From: Curvularia clavata
Taxonomy: Eukaryota
Direction of reading: 5' to 3'
Length of the DNA: 23,251 bases
NCBI GenBank assembly: GCA_023920165.1
Contig: CP089278.1
Location: 3,286,001-3,309,251 of the forward strand
Below are positions 12,246-23,083 of this stretch, in pieces. A model generated the notes under the pieces. The model was not told where the DNA came from. It saw only the letters and a list, made by a program, of their open reading frames with translations, and ran no database searches. Positions within the stretch are counted from its first letter, which is position 1; every line of letters begins with the position of its first letter. The position numbers and the translations under genes were made by a program.

Positions 12246-12758
12246 ATATCTACCTTTAGATCTAAAGAATATCTTCGTCTTACTCTTGAGATTCGTCGTA
12301 ACGGTCTCCCCGCGCCCGTCCCCTGCGATTATTATTTTGCGAACAACTATTAGTGCGTCGCGATGCCCGAAGTCGACGGCAAGCGTTTGAAGTGCTCCAA
12401 GTGCACTCGTCTGGGTCACCTATATGTTAACATATCGTGGGTGTTATTAGATAAGACTCGTGAAGAGTATTAAAAGAAAGTGGATAAAGATAAGCAATTG
12501 TTAACTTAAGTGATTTCGCGGTTAATACGAAATAAGAAGATTCTGAAGTAGGCTGAGGAACGTGCTATGAAGAAGACTATGTGTTTAGCGAATTTCTTGC
12601 GCGAAGGTGGTGATGATGTGGATGCGCAAGAGTCTCTGAACTGCCTCGCGGCCGACGCGTTGGTGGGGTTCTCGCCTGTCATGTGGAGCACTTTAGGTTC
12701 TCTAGACGCCCTGGCGTCGTCCTCGAATCCTAGCGATGCTCCTGTTTTTTCTTCTTAA
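12246..12758 (+). pseudogene. Antisense ORF3 of the retrotransposon, about 170 aa, Zn(II)2Cys6 cluster plus coiled-coil-like segment, RIP-damaged
   Basis: One frame from ATA (ATG after de-RIP) at 12246 to TAA at 12756-12758. Internal stops are TAG/TAA, consistent with RIP of CAG/CAA. Cys positions at 12324, 12333*, 12354, 12393, 12402 and 12423* (* = TAT, RIP of TGT) give C-x2-C-x6-C-x12-C-x2-C-x6-C. Confidence 0.8.
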
Positions 12759-15700
12759 TGGTAAGTTCTTTTTGTAGTTTCGTAGTGTCTTTTAACAATT
12801 ACTAAGATTATCCTCTGGTTTCTATGTATTTTCGCTGTTGTCGTATCCTAACTATTTAACTAGGTACTCAGTTTTATTGCGCGTGGTTCGGTGTGCTAGG
12901 ATTTTCTCGACTTCGAATTCGTCTTCTTCTTCTAGTTTGAAATGGAATATTTTTTGTAATAGCGTTTCGGGGTCTGCGGGTTTTAATAACTTGATATAGA
13001 ACCTTGGGTATATCTTTGCATCTGGTGGTAGATCGAGTGTGTAGATAACTGGTCCGTTCTGGGTTTTAATCAAAAATGGCCCGACATAAATGTTGTCCAA
13101 TCCCTTGCTTGGTCGTGTCGTGCGAAGGTTCTTCGTGAGCAGATATACTTTATCTCTCTTTTTTAGCTGAGGTGCTATTTTTCTTTTCTAATTGATATAT
13201 GAGATACTTTAGCGTTGAGCCTTCTTGAGTGATTCTTGTAGTTCTTCGTGTATTTTTTTCATTTCTTTAGCTGTGGCGATGGCTGCTTCTGTTTTCAAAT
13301 TTAGTAACGTTCTAGTAAAGAGATTCGGGTGTCTTCTGTGGTTTGCGTAAAATGGTGTTTGTTTCATTGATTCTAATAATTTGTTGTTATATGCTAGTTA
13401 TGCCATAGGTAGTAATTATATCTAATTATTTTGCTGATGGTTGGCGTATATTCGTAGGTATGTTTTTATCGTACGGTTTGTCCTTTCCGTTTGTCTATCG
13501 GTTTCCGGGTGGTATGCTGTGGATAGTTTTCGCTTGGTACCTATTTCTGCTTGGAGTGTGGTCTAGAAGTTGGATATAAAGAGCTTGTCTCTGTCACTGA
13601 TGATTGATTTTGGTATTCTATATTGTCTGATAATAACGTCTAGGAAGACATGCGCTAGTTTAACTACGTTGTAGTCTTTCCTGAATTTTCTAAATTCTAC
13701 GTATTTCGTGAATCTGTTAATGATAACTAGTATCGCGTTATAGATTGTACTAGTGACGGGGTCTGTTGATAGTGGTAATTCTATGACGAAGTCTATAGAG
13801 ATGTCTGCCCAAGGGGTGTTTGGCAGTTCTAGTGCTTGCATTTCTCCGTATAGTGCGTGTGTGCTATGCTTATTCTTCTGACAGTGTTCGCATTTAGCGA
13901 TAAAGGCTGCGACCTTTTCTTTTATTTTGCTGAATTCGAAGTTTCTTTAAATTAGTTCTATTATTCTGGCGATTCTGGGATATCTGTGTATAGAGTTGTC
14001 GTGATGTTGCTGAATGATTGCTTCCTACTAGTTTTCAGATATATCGTTTCCGATTGTTATAAGTAGGTTGAGCTCGTGTGCTAGACTCAATGTTCTGTTT
14101 TTGTTTGTCTGTAGTATTGGTCGGTCTATAATAGTTTTTGTCCCTGCAATATCTAGCCTTCTGCTAAAAGCGTCTGCTCTGCTGTTGTCTTTTCCTAGTA
14201 TGTATACGATCTTGAATTTGTATTGCCTAAGCATCTTAGCCTATCGGGTCTATTGTCGGTTAAGAACCTTAGTAGTGGTGAAGTAGGTTAAGTTCTTATG
14301 ATCCGTGTATATAGTGAGTTCTGAGTAGCTATGTGTGTAGACTCTCTAGTATTGTATACAGGCTACTATAGCTAGTAGTTCTTTGTCGTATATATCGTAT
14401 CGTTCTTCTAGTCTTGAGAGCTTCCTTAAGTAGTATACTATTAGATGCCATTTGCTATTAATGTAGATGCTGGCGCATCCTCCTAGGGCTAGGTCTAATG
14501 CGTCGGTTTTAAATTTCAGTAGTACTCCTGGAATGAATATTCTGAAGCATAGTGGTGTGGTGTATGCTTTTTTAATTATCTTAAAGGCGTTATCTGCCTT
14601 TTTATTCTAATTCTATAGGGTATCTTTTCTCGTAAGCCGTATTATTAGTGTTACGATTTTTAAGTAATCTTTGATAAATTTTCGGTTAAAATTTATAAAT
14701 TCTAAGAATGACTAAATATCCGTAACTGACTTTAGTATCAGCCAATTTTTAATAATCTCAATTTTTTCTTCGCTTATTTGTACTCTGTTAGTCCCTACTA
14801 CATAGCCTAAGAAGTTGACCTTAGTCTTGTAAAATTCACACTTCTTCAGCTTGAGTCGAAGACTGTACTCGTCTAGGGCTTTTAATATCTTTCTGACGTG
14901 CTTAGTATATTATTTTTCGTTCTTGGAGTAGATTAGGATGTCATCTAGGTAGGCGATAACGAATATATCTAGATAGGGTCTGAGTACGTTGTTAATGAGT
15001 TCTTGAAACATAGCTGGGGCGTTTGTTAGCCCAAATAGCATAACTATATATTCGTAGTGTCCGTATCGTGTTCAGAAAGCCGTTTTCCATTCTTTACTTT
15101 TTTTAATTCTAATAAGGTGGTATCTGTCTCGTAGATCTAATACTATAAAGATCTCTGCTTAAGATAGTCGATCCTTAAGTTCTCTAATATTTGGTAGTAG
15201 GTATCGATTCTTAACCGTGATGTCGTTGAGTTGTCTATAGTCGACGTATAGTCGATTTGTTCCGTCCTTTTTTAGTACGAATATAATAGGGTATTCCGCT
15301 AGGGATTTCGATGGTCATATATAGCTTTTTACTAGTAACTTATCTATATACTCTCGTAGTACTGTAAGTTCTCGTTCTGATAGTTAGTAAATTAGGCCGA
15401 AAGTCGGTTACTTTCCTTTCTATAGGACTATTTTATAGTTCTAGAGTTAATGCTTTAGTAATACTTATTCGTCTACCACTTTCTAAAATAGATACTTAAA
15501 TTCTCTATATTATTCAGAGATTTCTAGAGTTGCGCCCTTCTCCTTTCCTCTAGCTTTGTAGTCCGCTGGCCTGGTTTCAGTACCTGCTGAGTTTGGCTTC
15601 CTGCTCTGGGAACTACCTTTCGAGTACGCTCGTTTCTCTGCGTTATTGCACTGTTTGGCAATATTACTCTCATCTACCATCGAACTCTGCTAATACGTAG

Positions 15701-16142
15701 GCTGGCTTGCGGTTACGCCTAGTCCGCAGCACTCGAATTTGAACACTTTCGACTTCTAGTCAATCTGCGGGTTGTATTCTTATAGCCATAGAAGTCCTAA
15801 AATGATGTTGTGAATAGCTAGTCCAAGGACGTCTAGGTCCATTTTCTCCTTATATTCTTAGATACTAAATATTACTTGTCTAACCTCGTCTGTAATTCTG
15901 TTTCCTTTAGGTATTAGTTCGCCGCTGGCGACATATAGTGGGTATAGCTCTTGTTTCCGCTATACTTCAAGTCCGGCTTGTTACACTGCGTGCGCTGAAA
16001 CGTAATTTGCCTATAATCCTAAGTCTACTAATGCCTACATCCGTATTCTATTAAGCTTCACTATAAGCTTAATCAATCCTAGGGAGTTTACTGAGTTAAT
16101 TTCCCTAGAGGGGCCCTACCTTCGTAGCGCTGGCTTAAAAAA
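12702..16142 (-). pseudogene. pol: pol polyprotein (protease, RT, RNase H, integrase, chromodomain), RIP-damaged
   Basis: ALVD(L/S)G protease near 16025, YLDD at 14940-14951, TDA(L/S)DLALG RNase H near 14500, integrase PWADISIDFV and SIISDRDKLF, chromodomain EFEVEKILAH...YLVK. Protease, RT and chromodomain share one frame. The 3' end is approximate. Confidence 0.93.
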
Positions 16143-18061
16143 GTCTGTAGTTTTTTTATGAATCTATTATAGAGTTTTTCTACTTCGTGTTTCTCGCATT
16201 TATCTAAGAGACAAGTGTGCCATAAGGGTTAGTTGCATACTTGTTATACATTACTCTTACTTCGAATAATACGAGTAGTTTGCATATCCACCACTTCTTT
16301 TAGGCTATCTCTTCTAGGGAAGTATATCGCGGTGCGCTTATCCTATAGGTGCCTCGCGCATCCTATATTAGTACATTCTGACCATATCTAGTTGCATTTA
16401 GGGTATCCGGGAATACTGGTTGGGTTCTAGTCGGATCCTCGCTTAGCTTGCCAATATATTGGGCAGAAGTTATGGGTACAACCTGTCTAGTGGATCCACG
16501 CGTGCTTATAGTTATTTGCGTGATACTAATAAGGACTCAGTTAGTACTAATTGTCGCGTGTCTAGTTAGCTTGTGCCTTTTTAGCCTATTGAGGTGTTGT
16601 TATAGAATTTTTCTTGTCTTTGGGGAACTCCGTGTTTCTTCGTAGTCGTTGGATGTTGGCCGTAATATACGTGTAGTCTGGTAGCTTCTGATTGGTTGTG
16701 ATAGAAAAGAAGTCGATATCTAATCTGAGATTCTATATATCTTTATATATATGAAGAAGTACGTTGGGCTCGTTGTAATTATACCTGTGAAGGGGTTAAC
16801 TCAAGAGTTGTCGTAGTACATTAGTCTGTAGTTCTATATATTTCGGGTCATCCCTTGCGTGTGGGATTTCTGGTGAGGCGCTGTTATGGCGCGGAGTAGC
16901 CGGTTGGTGTTTCTTTTTAAACTTGGCCATCTTCTTATATTTAGTTTTGTGCGTAGGAGTTTCTTCTTTCTTGCTGGGTGTTTCGTACTCTTCGTCGCTG
17001 CTTAGTTTAGCTTTAGTGGTGTTCTTGGACGTGGTGAGCGTGACATTCTCTAGTCCGCTGATGAGTTCCTCGTCGTCTGGGTGGTATCGGATTTTGGCTG
17101 GGGTGATGATATTCTATCTCTTGTCATTATCTAATTCTGATTTCCTGCGTAGTATATTGAGCTGTCGCTTGACCTTATTAGTGTCTTTACTTCTACAGTC
17201 TCGTGCCATGTGGCCTTCCTTGCCACAGGCGTAGTAGTTAAATTTCTTCTTGCCCTTAGATGGTTCCTTGTTGAACTTGTAGTGCCCGTTGCCTTTATTG
17301 ATGTTGTCGAGGTGTATTAGTTTAGTACTGTATCTTTGGTAGGCTCCTAGGGTTCTAGGCGTATAGTTTCGCTATCAACCTTTATTCGGGTGAGCACGTC
17401 AATAGCTATACTTCTTAGGTCGTTCGTTTATATATCTCTAGTTACGCGTTCCTTTGCTAAATGGTCATTCTTCTAATAAAAGTTCGTAGAGTTCGTTGTC
17501 CAGTTGAATGGATTCTTTAATAAGTTCTTCCAGTGTAATAATACTAGCTCCACTTCGCATGAGTTCCCTGTGTACAGTAGGTTTGAGACCTTGCTTATAT
17601 ATTTGTATGAGAGCGTTATTGTCCTATTCTATAATCGTAGCGTACTGCTGAAATAGTGTAGTATAGTTAGCAGTGGACTGCGTCTGGCGAAGTTTCTAGA
17701 TCTTTTATTCCGTAATGACTGATTCTTTGAATAGTGAGAAGTTCTGTCGCATTTTGGTTTTGAAGGCGTCCCAGTCCTCGACTAGGGCTGTATTATTGGT
17801 ATTCTGGATAGAGTCATCTATATAGCGTTTAATAATAGGGTTAGCCTACTTTTTAGTATCGCCGCGAAGATATAAGGTGGCCACGATGACTTTGTCGGTG
17901 TCATCGATCTTGTCTCCTTCAAGATAGAAGTGTCGGTCGACTTAGAGGAGCTAAGCCTTAAGCTTCTTGCGTTCTCTATAGTATAAGTCGGGCTTATATC
18001 TACGAGTAGTGGATCCTCCGGTCTAGGAAGCGTCGGGAGTGTTTATAGCAATATCACTCAT
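16088..18061 (-). pseudogene. gag: gag, unusually long (about 657 codons), RIP-damaged
   Basis: ATG at 18061 (MSDIAINTPDA...), capsid-like KVIVATLYLRGD, zinc knuckle (C)YACGKEGHMARDC at about 17195-17236, and an in-frame extension with three W-x2-C-x4-C-x2-H repeats. Confidence 0.85.
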
Positions 18062-18078
18062 CGTAAGGGTGTTTAAAG

Positions 18079-18505
18079 TATTAAAAGTATAATTTTAAGT
18101 GGAAGTAATATAAGACTTCTAGTGTTAAGATCTTCTTAGGTTAGTTTTCGCGGATGAAGTAATAGTGTGTTATGAATAAAGGGTCTGTAGTAACTATTGT
18201 ATTATAGGTACTGTACTCGTAACTTAAGTTGAATATATTAAGTTATAAGGGCTCAATGCTTATTCCTATATACTTGTGGTGCTCGCAACCCTCGGTCAGA
18301 GGAGTCCGAGTAATTCTTGGTGGCTTATGTACGAGGAGCATTCCTCTGTGGCTTATGCACGAGAAGTCTGTCAAGACCCTTCCTCGGATATGCGCTATCG
18401 AGGAGGTTACGTGATGCGTGCCCCCGCGTTATATATGGCTGGGTCGACTGGTCGTCGATGCTTCTTAACTTAACCGCCGTGCCTCTTCCCCCCAGGTTCG
18501 TAACA
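18079..18505 (-). repeat. 5' LTR of family A element
   Basis: TATTAAAAG...TTCGTAACA. On the minus strand it is followed by a PBS-position motif and the gag ATG 18 bp later. Confidence 0.95.
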
Positions 18506-19082
18506 GCAATCTGCTCATTAGTATCGCGTTAAGCGATAATATCCTTACTAGCTCCTTTTATAAGTACTTCTTACTTCTATATTCGCTTTCTTTTATACTA
18601 TCTATACTTTAATACTAGCTTATTAGCCTTCTAAAGACTAGTAATCTAATCGCGCATTAGCTTAGCTAATAGTATTATTACTTACGCGTCTTTCTTAAGC
18701 TAATTAATTACTACAATAATTAAAGCTAGTAAAGAGCTTTTATACTATTAAACGCGATTACTTATTAGTATTAATTAAGCTTTAAGCTCGCGTACATTAC
18801 TTAGCGTACAGGGCTGCCAGAGAGCTTCTGCGAAAGCAGCTAGAGGAGTAGGCGTACGTAGCTATACGTCAAGCTTTAATAGAATAGTATCTAGCTAGAG
18901 AGGAATAAGGCCTACGCCTTAGAAAGCTAAGCAGATATTAGCTGGCGTAAAAGATTAATTAAACGCTACCTTAAACGCTAGTAGAAACTCAAGCTTAGTA
19001 ATATAGTTAATATAGTTATGTATTAGACTCTCTACCTTATGGCTATACGCGCGCTTTAATAGAGAGAAGTAGCTAATGTTAA

Positions 19083-19117
19083 GAGACTAGAGTAGGTGAG
19101 ACTAGAGTAGGTGAGAC
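19083..19117. repeat. 15-bp tandem duplication GAGACTAGAGTAGGT inside the transposase
   Basis: Two exact copies at 19083-19097 and 19098-19112 plus GAGAC; duplicates the SHLLQ codons. Confidence 0.85.
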
Positions 19118-19186
19118 AAGTAAAACGGCATACAGAGCGTATAGATATTATTCTCTTTATAGAGCTCTTAGAACTTAAGTAACTAG

Positions 19187-19536
19187 TGTTGTAGATCTAA
19201 GCTAGTCAGCTAATCTACAGTATCTGGGTGCGTACTTCTATACCCAGAATCAACTTAGTCTATAGTCGATCTGTCAAGACTATAATCGATCTATAGACAT
19301 CTGTCTATGACGCCAAAGATTACGCAAGCTACTACTAGATAGATTCTTCTAGAATCTACTCCAGCCAATATATATAGTAGTAGAATAGCTAGTAGATAGA
19401 AACCAGAGCAGTTTATACAAAGTCAATCGTGTCCATCAACTCTCTCCCCTAGCAATCTCTCGTCTATCTAGAGTCTCTCGATCAGGCTGTCTAAGTCTAC
19501 TACTAGTAGTACTAGCAGTCACCCATTACTTTAACA
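19187..19536. mobile_element. Solo LTR of family C (350 bp) inserted in the pogo transposase
   Basis: TGTTG...TAACA termini and 5-bp TSD ACTAG (19182-19186, 19537-19541). Removing it rejoins the transposase frame just after the LLILDGHESH-equivalent motif. Confidence 0.88.
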
Positions 19537-20981
19537 ACTAGTAGCTCTTATAGCTATTAAGGATAAGTAGCCAGTATACTCTAATAACCTTACTATCTAT
19601 ATACTTAATAAAGTACTTTAGCTACTTAATTCTAAGCTTATTAGTCGTCCAGCCGTTTTTACTCACTGTGATTGCCCAGTCGCGTAGAATTTGTACCTCC
19701 TCGTACCAGGCAGATAGGTAATACTTACCAGTAAAGATCAGAAATAGTGGAATAGACTAGCCAGCTACGTTAATTATAGTAATAAACGTTACCCACTTAC
19801 GACCATCTAGCTAGATAGCCTTTAGATAGCCTCTTCTCTCTAATACTATAATAATAAGCTAAATAGTAATCTTGTCTATTAAAAAGCCAGCTTTGTTAAA
19901 GTTGTAGACGTCCTCGTCGCAGATACTATACTTAGCCTTCGTCTACTCTATAAGCTTAAACCAGCTCTTAATTAAGACCAGATCTTTATATAGGGCTCTC
20001 TATCTATTATACGCTTAATTAAAATACGTCGTAAGACTATCTATACGCTTAACAAAGTTACGCGGCCAGTAAACGCCAACCTAGCTAGCGTCGCGCGTAG
20101 CTAGCAGCTTATCAGCTATATCTCGCACAGCAGCATAGGTAGGCGCAAATCTATATAGATCGAGATCGATTATACAGCTAGCAATTACTTACTCTTCTAG
20201 CTGCGATAGCTTCTTTAAATTAGGCTAGCAATCACGCTGCGCGTGCCTCCCAGCGCGTCAGTCGATCAGTATTAATTTCGGAATATTAAAGACTATAGTA
20301 GCGTATTAGATACTCTAGATTTAATTACTATCTAGAGAAGAAAGAGCAAGCTAAATATCCCCTTTATAAAAAGTTAATTTAGAAGCGTAGTGTGGAGACA
20401 TTGTGCGTAAAGTTAAGATAGGTAATCAAAGCTAGAGAGGTGACCGACTCGCTTATATGACCGACTCGCTTATAAACTACGTTAGTTATCTTTTATATTT
20501 AAATTAATACTAGTTATTCTATTTTCTAATAGAATTAGTTTTATCTATTTTTATTATTCTCCACTACTAAATTGCTAGATAACTACCTCGCGGTATATTT
20601 TATAGAAACTGGCCTCGCCTTAACCTAGAATCTAGACTAGGTAAGTATATTCCTACTAATAAGTAGGACTCTATATAACACTTTAACTATCTATAGATTT
20701 AGTAAGCGGTTTAATAGTAAGCGTCTAACTAAGATATTACTATATTACGCAACTCCAACGAGTATATTAACTAGACTGGTAAACGGGTATTGACCCACTT
20801 TTCTTCTTTCATCAATATCTCATCAAAGACTAGTCCAAATCGAGTAATTCTGACGTCATTTTAATGCCCTAAGCTAGCGCATTCTATTATGTAATATAAA
20901 GCTAAGCCGTATCTAGCTTAGTTTAAAAGTTATTTAATAGCCCGTTTGTGAGCCCTAGGGCTGGGTTATGAGTCGGGTATA

Positions 20982-21800
20982 ACGTACCTCACGGGTTCGC
21001 GGTCCACACGGGTTCGCGGTCCACTTTTGCCAAGACCCTACTAAAACTACCACATTATAGCCTAATACAGCCCAACTTTAGCTAGTTTAATACAAAAAAA
21101 TATAAAATACTATTTAGAGCCTACTTCTGCTTTATTCTTATATATTCGCGCGTTATATCTAGTCCTATTGCACCGTCTACACCGCTGTTGAGACGGTTTA
21201 CCTACTTCAGCGCGCTTCTATTTCTTTAACTTCTTCCTATTACTACGCACTCTAAAGTCCTAGAGAGCAGTTAAGCGCACCCTATCTTTAACTATTAAGA
21301 TCCTCTCTATCTAAACCCGCTTTCTTTTATGCAATTTTTGTCGCGTGGCGGCTGCGTTAGCTGCTTTAAGCTTACTAATTTATTTTTATACTAACACTAG
21401 CTTATGCGCGATAATAGCTGCCCCCTTTAAGACCTTTTTAAAAGTCTCTACTATAGACGTTAGTGAGCTGTCTAGGTGCCTCTAAATCCTCTACTTTACT
21501 AGCGTTAATTGCGACCCTATTTTAAGAGTATTCCTTAGAGTTTACGACAGCTAGAGCTAGATATTAATAGGTAGAGGTAATAGAGTATATAACTAGATAT
21601 TAAGGGTAGATATAACCCGTTCTAGATTAAATAGGACCAATCTAGCGCTTTAAAACCCTCTTTAGATATTACTAGCTATAAATAATATATTAAAAGCCCG
21701 CCTAAAGCAAGGTAGAAACTCTTGTTTAGTGATATGGTTGATCTAGGTATGTATAAGCGATTCGACTTGGCGCCTATAGGCCTACTTTAAAGGGGCAAAA
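20982..21800 (-). mobile_element. Second pogo/Fot1 element (Molly-like), 3' part only
   Basis: TA followed by TIR ACGTACCTCACGGGTTCGCGGTCCACACGGGTTCGCGGTCCAC (20982-21024, internal 17-bp tandem), which resembles the Molly terminus as I recall it. Minus-strand FAPLK.AY.RQ...HITKQEFLP and C-terminal RCRRC..T.(H)NAR. Cut at 21800 by an LTR; the other TIR is absent. Confidence 0.88.
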
Positions 21801-23083
21801 TGTTACGAACCAGGGAGGAAGAGGCACGGCGGTTAAGTTAAGAAGCATCGACGACCAGTCGACCTAGCTATATATAACGCGGGGGCACATATTATATGAC
21901 CTCTTTAGTAGCGCATATCTAAGGAAGGGTCTTGGCAGGCTTCTTGTACTTAAGCTACAGAGGAATACTTCTCGTATATAAGCCACCGAGGGTTACTTGG
22001 ACTCCTCTGACTAAAGGTTACGAGCACTATAAGTATATAGGAATAGGTATTAGGCTCTTATAGCTTAATATATTCAATTTAAGTGTTAAGAGTATAATCT
22101 CGAGTGGAAGTAATATAAGACTTCTGGTGTCAAGACCTTCTTGGGTTAATTTTCGCGGATGAAGCAACAGTGTGTTATGAACAAGAGTTCTGCAGTAACT
22201 ATTATATTATAGGTACTGTACTCGTAACTTAAGTTGAACACATCGAGCTATAAGAGCTTAATGCCTATCTCTATATACTAAGTGAGTGTTCTATATCCTA
22301 TACCATCCTATAGTGTTTCGCGTTATCCTATGCGTGGGATATCGTGGGATTATATAGGATTCTGTAGGATATACGTGACATATCCTATAGTGGCGTTCCG
22401 CCAAGCATGTGGGACGTGTGATTACTTATGCGTTATTAGCTGGTAATATGGTTCTCTTTCAAAGAGGTCCCGACATGGGCTTCATCCTTCTTTCTTCCCA
22501 TATCTTGCGCTGTTCCCCTCTGTCAGGTTCGTAACATTAAGTTACGAGTATAGTACCTATAATATAATAATTACTATAGAACCTTTATTTATAACATACT
22601 ATTACTTTATCTGCGAAAACTAATCTAAGAAGATCTTAATACTAGAAGTCTTATATTACTTCTACTTAAAATTATACTCTTAATACTTTAAATACTCTTA
22701 TAATAAGCGATATTGCTATAAATACTTCTAATACTTCTTAGACCGGAGGATCTACTATCTATAGATATAAGCCCAACTTATATTATAGAGAACGTAAGAA
22801 ATTTAAGACTTAGCTTCTCTAGATTGACTGATACTTCTATCTTAAAGAGAATAAGATTAATAATACTAATAAGATTATCGTAGCCACCTTATACTTTTGC
22901 GGCGATACTAAGAAGTAGGCTAATTCTATTATTAAACGCTATATAGATAACTCTATCTAGAACGCTAATAATATAGCCCTAGTCGAGGACTAGGACGCCT
23001 TTAAAATTAAGATATAATAGAACTTCTTACTATTTAAGGAATTAGTTATTACAGAATAAAAGATCTAGGAACTTCGCTAGACA
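21801..23083 (+). mobile_element. Truncated second copy of family A chromovirus: 5' LTR (21801-22083 plus 22542-22685 = 427 bp) and first 381 nt of gag (22703-23083)
   Basis: Reverse-complement colinear with 18505-17681, more heavily RIP-mutated, and ends at the telomeric repeats. Confidence 0.93.
22084..22536 (-). mobile_element. Nested solo LTR (453 bp), family A variant with a different U3
   Basis: TGTTAAG...GTTCGTAACA termini and TSD TTAAG (22079-22083, 22537-22541). 22084-22279 matches family A, whereas about 22280-22520 does not. Confidence 0.9.

Larger units (their letters stand above)
11764..18505 (-). mobile_element. Full-length Ty3/gypsy chromovirus LTR retrotransposon (family A, 6742 bp), RIP-inactivated
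   Basis: Two 427-bp LTRs, 5-bp TSD GCAAT (11759-11763 and 18506-18510), polypurine tract at about 12191-12205 on the minus strand, and gag-PR-RT-RH-IN-chromodomain order. Confidence 0.97.
11511..20482 (-). mobile_element. Pogo/Fot1 (Tc1-mariner superfamily) DNA transposon, RIP-inactivated, about 1.87 kb once nested inserts are removed
   Basis: 44-bp TIRs ACGTAGTTTATAAGC(A/G)AGTCGGTCATA(C/T)AAGCGAGTCGGTCACC at 11511-11554 and 20439-20482, with TA target duplication. Minus-strand transposase remnant from ATG 20401 shows DVYNF, NGWTTN, LCMP..SHLL and a C-terminal Cys/His knuckle near 11650-11705. Confidence 0.93.
11221..20680 (+). mobile_element. LTR of family B, about 486 bp, split by the pogo insertion into 11221-11510 and 20485-20680
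   Basis: Begins TGTTAC (11221), has TATAAA near 11369, and ends TATAACA (20680, a RIP form of TGTAACA). Flanks CTCGT and CTTTA do not match, so it is not a clean solo LTR. Confidence 0.6.

Noticed and set aside
12005..18532. Plus-strand ORFs in the LTRs and at 16448-16645 and 16923-17234 that look hydrophobic
   Set aside because: Antisense by-products of LTR and A-rich gag sequence, with no conserved motif, unlike ORF3.
20681..20981. Unassigned segment between LTR-B and the Molly-like TIR, with GGGT/ACCC-rich motifs
   Set aside because: Does not encode the missing permease exons. It could be retroelement leader or another TE end, but no termini or TSD could be defined.
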